The notes below the pieces were generated by a model. The model saw only the letters and a list, made by a program, of their open reading frames with translations, ran no database searches and had not been told where the DNA came from. Shown here piece by piece: positions 12,110 to 23,523 of a DNA stretch of 64,000 nucleotides. How positions within the stretch are numbered: position 1 is the stretch's first letter; the number at the start of each line of letters is the position of its first letter. Both the position numbers and the translations under genes were made by a program. Source of the DNA: Caecitellus pseudoparvulus (Eukaryota; Protista; Bigyra: Bicosoecida); contig CBFFRQ010000047.1 of the NCBI GenBank assembly GCA_965644315.1, positions 1 through 64,000 of the forward strand, read 5' to 3'.

Positions 12110-14305
12110 TTATTTTGCTTGCGCTGCGGCGCCCTGTGTTGTCTCGTCGCAGGGCGTGGGTTGGTCTGTGCCGGGCATCAAGCCTTTGAGGGGGTGCACC
12201 CGCAAGTCCTGCGCTTCAGCTGCAGCCACGAGGGCCAGGGCCTCCTGCGTGACTTCCGGGATGTCCTGTCCGAAGGCCGGGCGTTGGTCGTCCGCGGGCC
12301 CGGGCACCGTCCCCTGCAGATGTGGGCAGGCGACGTCCACGACATCCAGAAACATTATGTCGCAGCGTGGCGGCGGCGTGGAGTCCGGCCCAGCCAGCAG
12401 TGATGCCACACTGGGCTGGGTGCGGCCCAGGTCAGAGTGCACGAACTCCTTCACATACGTGCCTGCCGACGTGGCGAGGTGCAGGATGAAGAAGTGGGGG
12501 TGCAGCCACTGAGGCTGCATGGCCAACACGTGCCGGGTGCGAGTCATGAGGGCGCGGCGGTGCATGACGCGCAGGGGCGTGCGCTGCGCCAGCTCCAGGG
12601 GCTGTGATCGGCTCAGCGCTGCGGTCAGGCCCTCCTGTGTCAGTGGCGCCGAGGTCCACACGAGGGCGGCGTACACCTTGGCCTTCTCCTCCGCGCCGCT
12701 CTGCATGGCAGCGTAGCCGGCAGCAGAGGAGAGGGACAAGTGCGAAATACGCACGCCGTGAGCGTTGGCGTTCATGGCGTCCTCCCACGCCCGCAGCACC
12801 TGCGGCGCCACCAGTGTCCGGGCGGCGTCCTCCACCTCCACTGCAAAGGGGCGCCCCACGCCCAGCATGCGCACGTCCACATCTTCCCGGCCGGACGCCG
12901 ACAGGTTCACTCCTGCCGCACGCATGTACTGGGTCAGGACATCCCCCACCACAGAAGCGACGTTCTTCGAAGGAGGCAGGGCGCTCTCATCGACGGCGTC
13001 CCCCCCTTCTTCCTTGTCCACCACCCCCCAGGGGGACTGCGGCACCCCCCGCTGGTACTTGTTGTAGTACCCCGTCAAGAACACCGGTGTCCGCAGCACG
13101 TCCACCTGGAACAACGCTGGGTGAACAGGGACCCGTGGCGGGCTCGGGAAGCGCACCGTGTCCTTGCCGGTCCGCAGGTCCAGCGCCTGGGCTGTGCGGC
13201 CCTTGCCCCGCCCACCCTTGGTCGGCTTACCCGCCCTACCGTTACTGCCGCGGAACGCGTCCAGTCGCCACGGGGTGAAGGCGTACACGGCCGCCGGACC
13301 AGGCGTGCTCTGCTCCTGGCCCTCCTGCATGTGCAACGGCACCAGGCCAGGGATGTACGGGGGGCTCTCATTCTCGGGCAGGCTGCCCAGCAGTGTGGCC
13401 AGGTCTTTGTGGGAGGGTGCCTGCCAGCACCGCCCATCCCGTGTCGTGCCGTGCCGAGGGCGCTTAGCCTGCCCCCCACCGCCGCCGCCGCCGCCACCCC
13501 ACACGACACGCAGACCGTCGTTCTTGGAACTCTGCAGCCCCTCCAGCTCTGCATCTGCGGCAGCATGCGTGAACTTCACCTGCATCCGCAGTCCACCCAG
13601 TGGCTGGGGCAAAGTGCCGTCGGCAGTGGCGGTGAGCAGAGGCACCTCCAAGCCCTTGTCCTCCACATGGCCTGCCGTGGCACGGCCAGCCTTGGTGGCT
13701 GCTGCAGCGGCGCCCAGGGGCGTCAAGGGCACTTGGCTTCCCAACTCGGACAGCAGGCGCGCCCGCACTGCGTCCTTTACTGGCACCATGGTGGCTGGCA
13801 GGGTAGGCAGGCCCAGTGCGGTGCAGATGTGGGCTCGCAGTGCGTGCTGACGCACCAGCACACTGGTGGGCAGCTGCACGCCCAGTGTGAAGCGCGCCGC
13901 ATCATACCCCCTCGCTTGAATGGCCGCCACTGCCACCTGGATGGGGGAGGACACTGTGGCGGGGGACGGGTCGGCGGACCCTGCTGGGGGCCGGGAGGCG
14001 GTGCAGTGGGGGTCATGCTGCACCCTGCCCTCCTGCATGATGCCAAGACACACACTGCACGTGTCAGAGGGCCCTGGCGAGGATGGCAGCGGCGGGGACG
14101 GCACGTCTGCCGCAGGCGCTGCCGCGGCCAGAGCTCGCAACTGCTCCCCTGCAGCGCTGTGAGCCAGTGCGTAGAAGTCCGTGGCCCGGACGCCCACCAG
14201 CGTGGCCGCACAGAACTGGCAACTACCCGAAGACAAGGCGAGTGCCGCAATGGAGGCTGCCCTTGTGCTGGTTTGCAGCACAGAAGCAGCGGCAGCGGCA
14301 GCCAT
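12110..14305 (-). CDS. PUS10: tRNA pseudouridine synthase Pus10
   Basis: Intronless 731 aa; N-terminal CxxC...CxxC; GYYNKYQRGVPQSPW, SGREDVDVRMLGVGRPF, QRTPLRVMHRR, AGTYVKEFVHSDLGRTQPS. Confidence 0.95.
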   Translation of the reverse strand: MAAAAAASVLQTSTRAASIAALALSSGSCQFCAATLVGVRATDFYALAHSAAGEQLRALAAAAPAADVPSPPLPSSPGPSDTCSVCLGIMQEGRVQHDPHCTASRPPAGSADPSPATVSSPIQVAVAAIQARGYDAARFTLGVQLPTSVLVRQHALRAHICTALGLPTLPATMVPVKDAVRARLLSELGSQVPLTPLGAAAAATKAGRATAGHVEDKGLEVPLLTATADGTLPQPLGGLRMQVKFTHAAADAELEGLQSSKNDGLRVVWGGGGGGGGGQAKRPRHGTTRDGRCWQAPSHKDLATLLGSLPENESPPYIPGLVPLHMQEGQEQSTPGPAAVYAFTPWRLDAFRGSNGRAGKPTKGGRGKGRTAQALDLRTGKDTVRFPSPPRVPVHPALFQVDVLRTPVFLTGYYNKYQRGVPQSPWGVVDKEEGGDAVDESALPPSKNVASVVGDVLTQYMRAAGVNLSASGREDVDVRMLGVGRPFAVEVEDAARTLVAPQVLRAWEDAMNANAHGVRISHLSLSSAAGYAAMQSGAEEKAKVYAALVWTSAPLTQEGLTAALSRSQPLELAQRTPLRVMHRRALMTRTRHVLAMQPQWLHPHFFILHLATSAGTYVKEFVHSDLGRTQPSVASLLAGPDSTPPPRCDIMFLDVVDVACPHLQGTVPGPADDQRPAFGQDIPEVTQEALALVAAAEAQDLRVHPLKGLMPGTDQPTPCDETTQGAAAQAK

Positions 14306-14656
14306 GCTGCGGAACTTGGTTCTGCTACGCCTCGTTCAGAGTGCCAGCCAGCGCACCTAGGAAGGGCGGGCCCCTTGAGCTCTCAGACTTCGTGTACAGT
14401 ACATACTCACTTCGGACAGCGCGTTGATTTTGTACATGTAAAATGGGCAGGCAAGAGCTGGCTGTCAAGTGGGTGAGGTGCCGCACGCTTTGCCCGGAGC
14501 ATCAGGCGCAAAGTCAAGTGGCTTTGCAAAAAGAAGCATCAGAAACCCTCGAAGCACGCATTGCACTACACAGCCCAACGTCTCGCGCCCAGCCGCAGCT
14601 GTGTTTGCGCGAAGCACGCCAACTCCTGCGGAAGTTGGGAGCGCGTGCTCCACGCT

Positions 14657-15567
14657 ATGGGCAGCTTGGACATGTCCATGGAATCCGCCAAGAAAGCCGC
14701 GTACGCGAAGCGCCAAGAGGGCTGCTGCAGGTCATGCCTGCGCACCCTCGTCAAGGGCTTTAATGCCGTCGTCCTTATCGTCGGGCTTGCTCTGCTGGGG
14801 TATGGAGGTGAGTGGTGCAGTGCACTTTCTGGGAGTCTCTCGCCCTGCAGGCTGCCACCCTTCCGACTGCGCGCCCTTCGCAGCCTACCTGGCCATTGTC
14901 AGCAAGCAGGTGGACATCTTGTCTGGTGCGCTTCCCCGCGGGCAGTTGGCGGGCCACGTTGCCCCATGCTCTCACCTGGCTCGCTCGACCTGCGCAGGTG
15001 CCGTGCTCACAGTGGGGCTAGTGGACACCCTGTTTCCCCTCCTCACCATTTGGTGTGGTGCGTGTGCCGCCCTGCGCACACCCCCTTCTCCATTGACTCA
15101 CCACCACCCTCACGCCCTGCGCAGGTGCCCGCTGGAGGTGCTGGCTGCAGTGCAGCATGTTTTTCATGGGCTTCGTGACGCTGGGCGAGCTCGTCGCTGG
15201 CTGCTTCTTCGTCATCCCAGGCGGGCGCAAGAAGGTGCACGCCATCGTCAGCGAAGACAGCAGTGCCGCAGGGCGCACCATCGACCACAACTTGCTGGCG
15301 GCTGGGCTGGCGCTGTTTGCTGCCGCTGCGATGCAGGTGGTGGCCCTGCTCTTCATGTACTGCCAGAGCAACGCGCTGATCGAGGACATGGACCTGGCGG
15401 AGGACGACGCCGAGCAGCGCATGGAGGACGCGAAGGACCCACTGCTGGCCACGGAGGAGGGCAAGGCCATGTCGCGCTCCGAGCGCCGGGCCGCCAACGC
15501 CAGCAACCGGTACAAGGAGAAGAACGCACACTTTTACGAAAAGTACAAGATCGGCGGCAGCAAGTGA
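14657..15567 (+). CDS. Tetraspanin-like four-TM membrane protein (TOM2A-like)
   Basis: Three short introns; CCRSCLRTLVKGFNAVVLIVGLALLGYG, four hydrophobic segments, acidic then basic C-tail ending HFYEKYKIGGSK. Confidence 0.65.
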
Positions 15568-15848
15568 AGTGTGCATGTGTATTGGCAGGTTGTGCTGTCG
15601 CGGGCGTACACTTGCATGGCGCTGGAGGGGCCCTGTGGCGCCAGGCCCAGCCCCAGGCTTCCCGCGCCGGGGCTGGCAAGCGCTGGCGCGGCAGCACAGG
15701 CCCAAGCGCAGACGGCACCAAAATCCACCCCCAACCACCACCACGCTTCCAGGGTGCGCTGCAGTGCCCCGCACGCCACACGGTGCCGTCGCTGCAGGGT
15801 GCCAAGCACCGCGTTCGGGCACGCCAGGGTCTCTCGCATAAGAGCACC

Positions 15849-17361
15849 ATGCTGTCCACGTTCAAGTGCCTGCTGGTCGCTGCGGGCCTGCTGGCCGCGA
15901 CTGCGGCACAGTCTTCATTTGATTACAAGGTTGAGCAGGTGGTTATGTTTCACCGTCACGGCGATCGGTGAGAACGGCCGTCCCGCGTGGGCCGGCAGCC
16001 ATGTGCACTGCACTTTGCCTCCGTCACTGTGCAGGTCCCCCACATCTTGCCTGCCGAAGCAAGCCAAGCAGTGCCCTGGTTTCTGGCCCGATGGCTTTGG
16101 TCAGCTTACGCCCCGTGGCATGCACCAGCTGTACACCCTCGGCGCCGACTACCTGCGTCCCCGCTACGTTGACCAGCTGAAGGTGCTACCTGGGAACTGG
16201 AGCCGCGACTCCCTGTACGTCCGCTCCACGGACTACGACAGAACCCTGCAAAGCGTGGACTCCTTGCTGCAGGGGCTGTACCCCCCCGGCACTGGCCCCA
16301 CTGTGTGGGGCAGCCAAGGCACACCGGCCGTCACGTCCCAGCGCGTGCAGGTGGTGCCCGTCGTGACCCTGCCGCGCACTGAGGACGGCATCCTGAGCTG
16401 GAACGCCGCCACCTGCCCCGCCTGGAACACGGCTCGCAACGCGTACACGGCCAAGGTGGAGCAGGAGACGGACGAGGCAGGCATCTTCGCAGACGTGGTG
16501 AAGGAGCTGTCCCAGGAGACCGGCATTGAGGACCTGAACATCAACAACATGTACAAGGCCCTGGACGGCCTCAAGACGGACCGCTTCCACGGCTACCCCT
16601 GGCCGGAGGGTATCACGGAGGACCAGTTCAACCAGGCCATCAACGTGTCCGAGTGGACCATGGCGCAGTGGTACGCCACCCCCACCATGCGCAAGCAGGG
16701 CGGCGGGTACATGGTGTCCCTGCTGCGAGAGCGCTTCACCGCCCGTGTCCAAGGCACGGCCCAGCCCGAGTTCGACCCCACCAGCTACGCCTCCCCGACA
16801 GGGGACCAGCTCACCGGCCCCCGTGTCGCCATCTACTCCGCCCATGACCTCACCGTGCTCACGGTGCTGGCGTCGCTGCAGGTGCTGCAGGGGCCCGTGG
16901 AGAACCCCCCCTATGCTTCCTCGGCTGTGTTCGAGTTGGTGGCTCTGCCCTCCAGCGCCGCCACCTCCCACGCCGTGCGCATCTGGTACAACAAGGGCAT
17001 CGGGACGGACGGCAGCTCCGGCCCAGGCACGCCGCAGCCCTTCAACACCACGCACAACGTGGTGGCCCTGCCTGGCTGCGCCAACGTCGGGTCCGGTGGT
17101 GACATCCTCTGCGCCCTGGACGACTTCATGACCCTCACAGAGGACGTGGCCAACGCCGACTGGCAGCCCCTGTGTGGCGTGGACACCAACCCGCCCGCTG
17201 CCAAGGAAAAGGGTGAGTTCAAGCAGTGGCAGCTGGTGCTGGGGTCGGTGTTGGGCACCGTTCTTGGCTTGCTGGTGGGTGCTGCTATGGTGTGGATGTG
17301 CATGCGCAAGGCCTCCAGCGCACCCCACGGCGCCACTGCTGAGCCATACGCTCAAATTTAG
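15849..17361 (+). CDS. Histidine acid phosphatase, lysosomal type I membrane protein
   Basis: Signal peptide MLSTFKCLLVAAGLLAATAA; RHGDR|SP across intron 15968-16034; GQLT, YVRSTDYDRTLQS, YSAHD; C-terminal TM and YAQI (YxxPhi) sorting motif. Confidence 0.92.
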
Positions 17362-17526
17362 ATCCCCCCCCACGTTTTTCTGTGCTACTCCTTGTAATTT
17401 CTGAGAGGCTTGCTCCCGACTTGACTCCGAGCACCGTCTCCCCGTGCGAAGTTTCGCAGGCCATCGCGCCGCGGCTGCCGCAGGCGACGGACTTCTCGCG
17501 ACCACTGCAGCGCCCATACTTGCATC

Positions 17527-19189
17527 ATGGCAGCCCAACCCCCCTCTCTGCCTGAATTCTACATGAGGCCCTTGCCCGCCTCTTGCATTGACCTCGCGAG
17601 CGCAGGTAAGGCGCGTTTCGCTCACGTTTCGCGTTTCATCCAGCACCCGCTGCCTTGCCCGCACCGCAGAGGGGCAAGAGCTTTTCGCTGCGGCCATGAA
17701 GGAGGGGCACTGTCGCAGTTTCTTTCCCCTTGTTGCTCAGTTCCGTACCCAAGATGAGCCTGCATTCTGCGGCCTGGCGTCCCTGACCATGGCTTTGAAT
17801 GCGTTGCGCGTTGACCCTGGCGTGAGGTGGAATGGGGTGTGGCGGTGGTACTCTGAGAGGTCCCTGACCTGCTGCAAGCCGCTGGAGGAAGTGGAGGCGG
17901 AGGGCATCTCCATCGCGCAGCTGGCGTGCCTGGCGCGGTGCAACACGCTGCATGCGCAGATCACCACCCTGTCCCACCCAGCCCCCGGAGTTGTGGACGC
18001 GGCCAAACAAGCAGCGGCTTCTTCTCTTCCTGATGAAAGTGCAGACGCCGCTGCCATCGTAGCTTGGCTCGCTGCCGACAGTGCGGCGTTCTGTGCGACT
18101 GTGCCCGAAGCAGATGTGGCTGGCCTGCGCACAGCCCTGAAGCAGCACTGTGCCGCCCCGCCCCCCCTTACCAGCGTCCTCATCGCAAACTACGCGCGTG
18201 GCGTGCTTGGCCAGACGGGTTCAGGGCATTTCTCTCCGCTGGCAGCGTTCGTGGAGGAGGCAGACGCTGTGCTCATCCTGGACACGGCCCGGTTCAAGTA
18301 CCCGCCGCACTGGGTGTCGCTGGGCAGGCTCGCCGCTGCCATGGCCGTGCCGACCTCAGACGGCGGGCACCGCGGCTATCTGAGCGTGCAGCGCATGGCT
18401 GCCGCCCCCCTCATTATGTTCGAGCTGTCGGCTGTCCTGCGGGACGGCAGGGTGCAGCCTTGGGGCGGCTGCAAGTGCTCTGGCGGCACCCCAGGCAAGG
18501 CGGCCGACGGCTGCCGCAGCGGGGAGTCCTGGCAGTCCCTGCTGGCCCAGATGCAGCGAGAGCTGGCAGCTGTCTTGAGAGGCGCCGCGCAAGACTGCAT
18601 GGCGGCGGCTGTGACCAGCCCTGGGTGTGGCGATGGCCGCGTGGCAGACCCCATCGCTCTTGCCCGGCTGGCTGTGGCTGGTGTCGTGTCGAGGTTGGTT
18701 CGTGGGCCCACCGCTGGTGGGGGACCGTTGAAGGCGGTGCAGGCCGCCTCCCAGTCGGCTGCTGGCTTCAGCAGGGCCGAGAGCCCCGCCGCCTCCCACC
18801 GCAAGTGGAGCGACGCACAGAAAGCCGACGCCACACGCCTGCTGCAGCAACTGGAAGCCACAGACATGTTCAAGTGGGTCTCGGAAGTGCTGCCGCATGC
18901 CGCGACAGACTGCTCCGAGGAAGGCTGCAAGGGCGTGCACGTGACGCGGGCACACTCAGTGTCCATGCTGCTGCTGGCCGCGTGCCACCCCGGGTCCAGT
19001 GGGCAGGAGGGCAGCGACATCCCCTTCCAGCCCTGCTGCAGTGTTGCTGTGGACGCCTGGAGAGGGTTCCAGGCGCTGGTGATGGAGGACGTCGCAGGTG
19101 CGGCTGGCTCGAGCGATGGCGTCGGCGTCCTGGCCAACGAAGTGCACCTGCTTCGTCAGCAACTGGCCGCCCTGGAAGTGGAAGCATAG
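17527..19189 (+). CDS. PCS: Phytochelatin synthase (glutathione gamma-glutamylcysteinyltransferase) with Cys-rich C-terminal domain
   Basis: Intron 17606-17669; FYMRPLP, FRTQDEPAFCGLASL (catalytic Cys), QTGSGHFSP (His), LILDTARFKYPPHWV (Asp); C-terminal LANEVHLLRQQL. Confidence 0.95.
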
Positions 19190-19211
19190 GTGCAACGGTG
19201 GTGTGCTGAGC

Positions 19212-22200
19212 TCACGGCCCGTCGGTCCTGGCGGTCTCGTCGCCCTCCTCCTCCTCCAGAATGGGGAACAGTGTGTGCTGCACCGCCACGTGGTTGGAGG
19301 GGAACCAGCCAGTCTCCCCGTTGCAGTCCCCCTCCCACCAGCCACTCTCGTGCTGAGTGTGCACGATGATGAGGTCACCCTCCTGGAAGGCCAGCTCCGT
19401 GTCTGTCGCTGGGTGGTAGTCAGCCAGTGCCATGGCCACCAGCCCAGTGCCTGGCTCGTCCTGCGTCGCCTCTGCGCCCTCCTCCACCGCAAACGAGTCA
19501 CCCAGCTCTCCAGAGGCGTCCCCCCACTCGTCTTCATACCATCCTCCTTCCCATGTGGCTGCCTCGCCTTCCTCTGTTTCGGGGGCTGGGTCGCCTCTTG
19601 TGGCCACCCAGAAATCCCGCTGCCACATGCCCTGATGCAGCGTGCATGCGGCGTTGTGCAGCAGCATGCTGCGGTTCACAGTGGCCACGGCAGCCCGCCC
19701 GAGGCTGGCCAGCATCTGTTCCAAGTCCACCTGCCCGGAGTCTTCGGCGCTGTCGGCGTGCTTGCTTGCTGCAGAGCAGGCCAGCAAGATGCCCTGCAAC
19801 CCAGACTGCACCTCCAGCACTGCCATGGACAGCTGGTGGGCGTGCCTCCAGCTCCTGTACACAGCTGCGTGACGGTCCATGACTGTGCAGACCGAAGATT
19901 GTCCAGGGTGTCCCCCGGCCAGCCTCTGGTCTGCCAAGGACTGCCGGGCAGCGTGCAACCACTGCAGCAGCATGCCAGCGTGCAGCTGGGACGGCACATA
20001 CACGCCCTCTGCGTCCTCATTCACGACTTCGTAGCCTTCATCGTCCTCAAACACTTCCGTGATGGCTGGGGTCGGCAGCAGGGGCGCAGGGACTGGGGTG
20101 ATGGTGTGCATCCAGCAGTCAGCCAGGCACCCCAGCGCGGTGCTCACGCTCTGCAGTGCATGCCCTGCCTCCTGGTCCTTGATTGCAGCACGCGCAATGT
20201 CCACCACAGATGTGATGAGTGGGTTTGAAAACGCGTCCAGAGCAAACTCCTGTGTCATGGCAGGCGACTGCTGCAATTGGTGCAGCTGGGCACCCCCGTC
20301 GTGTCGTGCAGGCGGCAAACCCTGCAGCAGCAGGTCGCCCTCAGAGCCCCACACCGGCCACAGCTCCTGCAGGCCCCAGAGAACATCGTCCACGACGTAG
20401 GCGGTGGACTGCAGACGGCCACGCATGAGCAGGGCCACGCGGCGCACGTCTGTCAGGCTCAGGCGCGGCACCTCCCCAGCCCACAGCACGTTGCGGCTGC
20501 GTGCTGACCTGGGCCCCGACCGCGCAGAGGGCAGCGCCTCCTCAGTCCCCTGTGCGAGTAGGTCCAGCACCCGGGACACCCGCATGCGGTAGGTCGTGTC
20601 TGCCAGCCAATCACGCAACAGGTATGCGAGGGGCTCCGGCACGCGAGGTGACGCCCCTGGTCCGCCCAGTGTTCCCGACTCACCCCTGTCCTCGTCCACA
20701 TGCCCGCCGAACAGGGGCAGCTGCAGGAGCTGAGAAGTGGAGGGTCTGGCGCTGGGGTCATGCTGCAGGCATGGCAGGATGGCCTCTCGCCATGCAGCGG
20801 GCAGGTCAGGCGGCAGCACGTCAGACGCTGGCGTGGCTGAGATGGCCATCATCATCTCCCCGACGCCGCGGTGGGCCTTCCACGGGGGGCCACCGGTAAG
20901 CAGCTCGACGCACAGGCAGCCGAAGGACCACACGTCCGCCTTGTAGGCGTCGCACGGCGCGCCCGTCTCCTGCATGAGCTCAGGCGCCATCCAGGCGATG
21001 GTGCCCTGGCACCGCGGCGTTGCTGCCCGGGCGCTGCCGTCGCCTGTCGGAGAGGTCGCATGGCTGCCAGGTGATCGAGGCAGCGTGTTGACCACCTTGC
21101 TGCTGCCGAAGTCCGCCAGCTTCGCGATGCCGTGTGGGAACAGCAAGACGTTTGCCCCCTTCACATCCCGGTGGGCGATGCCGCAGCGGTGGCAGTGCTC
21201 CAGAGCACTGAGAACCTGCCCAGCCAGGCGCAGTGCAAGACTGCCTGGAAGCCCACTCCCGCCCTTGAGGATGGAATGCAGTGATCCCCCGCCTGCGTAC
21301 TCGAAGAATAGCTCTGCCGTCGGCCACGGCTCCGCCTGACACGGTTTGCGGATGTGGCCTCCCAAGTATTGCACGAGGTGAGGGTGGGCCTGCAGCGCCC
21401 GTAGAGCGGCCACTTCCTTCTCAACCATCATCATCGCGCTGCGGGACGCCAACTGCACCGACTTGATTGCAAGGCACTCCCCCGTATCCCCCCTCACAGC
21501 GCACTGCACGGAGGCAGATACGCCTTGCCCCACCGTGGCGCCCCGCAGCAGCACCAGGCCCGGCTCGGCAGGCAGGCCATGCGGCGCCAGGGATTCGGCC
21601 AGTGCAGCTGTGACGTCCTCGAAGTCCTCATACTCTTCCGTCACAATGGACGCAGAAGAGACGAAGGAAGCTGGGCCCGAAGGAATACCGCCGGCGCTGC
21701 CCCGGGCCCGGCGCTCGCTTCCAGCACTGGGCACCCGCAGAAAAGGAAGACCCCCCAGCGTCCTTGCACTGACGGGTGTCGAAGGCGTGGAAGCTTTCTG
21801 TCCATGGCACAACTCCAGCACCAGTTTCTTGCGCCACTTGCGCTTGTCCCTCGCCCACGCAGCTGCAGCCTGCTGTCCGCTGTCCAGAGCCACTGCCTGT
21901 GCACCAGGGGGGAGGCAAGCACGGAGATTCAGGGGAATTGGATACCGAAGACGGGCGAGCAGCTCACCTTGAGCACCAGGCGAAGTCGATGCGGTGCACT
22001 TTGCTCCAATGGGCCAGAGCCGGCGGCTGCCGGAGTGTACGAAACTGTGCGGGAGCAGTCCATCGCCAGTGCGCTGCCGGGCCGGCAAAGGGGGTGTGCT
22101 ACACGAAACTCACGAACGACCTTCAGCTTCTGGCCAGAAGCGATGACTCCAGAAGGCGGGAAAACGAACAGCGGCTCCTGTGACTTGAGCTGCAGGCGAA

Positions 22201-22527
22201 ACGCCACCGCAACGCCCTCCGAAACGTGCGCGTTTAACAGCACTATGTGCCCCCGAAGCTGACCGTGATCGTTGCCTGAACAAGAGCGGGGATAATCTCA
22301 GGCGCACAGCTGTGCATGGGAAGCCCAGGCCACCGCGTGGGAGAGGCAGCCCAAGCGCACGCACTGGTCAAAGTCACTCGCCGCTCAGGCAGGGTACGCA
22401 GCAGCCCTTGTGAAGCGCTGACGCTTGGCCGGAGGCCTGCCGACTGAGCCAGCACAGATGCACCCGCTCCCGATGGGAGTGCTGGCAAACTGGCCCCTGG
22501 GGAAGGCAAGGCCTCGATGAACGCCAT
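19212..22527 (-). CDS. STE11/MAP3K-like Ser/Thr kinase with N-terminal MSP-like domain and C-terminal SH3 domain
   Basis: Kinase motifs VGQGVSASV, LAIK, HRDVKGANVL, DFGSSK, GTIAWMAPE, DVWSFGC; SH3 ALADYHPATDTELAFQEGDLI..GWWEG..GWFPSNHV; spliced 5' exons give HIVLLN..VAFRLQLKSQEPLFVFPPSGVIASGQKLKV (MSP-like). The 5' exon structure is inferred. Confidence 0.85.
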
Positions 22528-22836
22528 GCTGAGCGCGTGGGGGCGGCTTTTAGGGAAGAACGCAGCATCGTGCGCAGCCCTTCCCCACATGCAGGCTGTG
22601 AAGTGCACACCGCGAAAACAAAGAGGGCGCTGCCAAGTTGCATTAGTTTGAGGTTGTCAGTTGTGTGCCATGAGTGTGTGCTCCATGCTTGGCACTCGCT
22701 TCGGGCATTGGTGGAGCTGTTTTTTGCCGACAAGATCATCCTCGAGCTCTGCAAGCACTTGCTGTGGCGGCGCAAAAATGACACGATCACACACACGCTA
22801 GTTGTGGGAGCACGAGACTGCTTTCACCTGACCGCC

Positions 22837-23417
22837 ATGGCAATGCGTCAGCTGCTGTCTGGCCGCGCTGGCCAGGCAGCCCTGCGGAGGTGCTTGGTGC
22901 AGCGGGGAGGCGCTGCGGCGCCGCTGGTGCCAGGCCACATCGAGCCGCCGCATGTCCGCCTGCCTCTGCCTCGGCAGGAGGTGCGTAGTGGCCCTACCAG
23001 CCCTGCATCTTTGCCCTGCAGTGCTGGTTGACGCTGTTTCGCTGCGCTTGCTTCCGCAGTTGCACGAGGAGGATGAGCTGGTGTGGAATGACGGCGTGGC
23101 GCCGGAAACGTGCATTGACTTTGACGCCCCTCACATCAACAGCTACGAGGCGCTGGCGTGGTGGTTCGGCGGCATCATGATGGTGTACTTGACGTACAAG
23201 ACGTTTGGCCTGTTTGATAAGCACAGCTGGAAGAAGACGGTGCGTGCGCTGGCAGACTGGCCCTGCAGCTGCGGACCTTGGGCGTGCATGCCTCCGCCTC
23301 GCCCCGCTCCCGACGCAGGCACCCCGTGAGATTCCCGAGAGCACCCGGGTGGCAGCAGGATTGTACGATGAAGAGGTGTATGCTCGTGGCCCTGAGCCTG
23401 TGCGGCGAGCTGAGTAA
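22837..23417 (+). CDS. NDUFB8: Mitochondrial complex I subunit NDUFB8 (plant/protist type)
   Basis: Transit-peptide-like N-terminus; two GTGCGT introns; LHEEDELVWNDGVAPETCIDFDAP..YEALAWWFGG, single TM. Confidence 0.75.
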
Positions 23418-23523
23418 AGGCGCGAGGGGCGGTGGTTGCGGAAATTGCCCACCACCAACCATGCCCCAGCCCACTGTTGTGAATGCATTCATCGTTAGGT
23501 CAGACGCGGAGCAGGGCCGGCGT

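Noticed and set aside
7507-19189. Metal-detoxification or secondary-metabolite cluster (SDR, aminotransferase, acid phosphatase, PCS)
   Set aside because: No transporter, backbone synthase or shared pathway logic; interrupted by PTC7 and PUS10.
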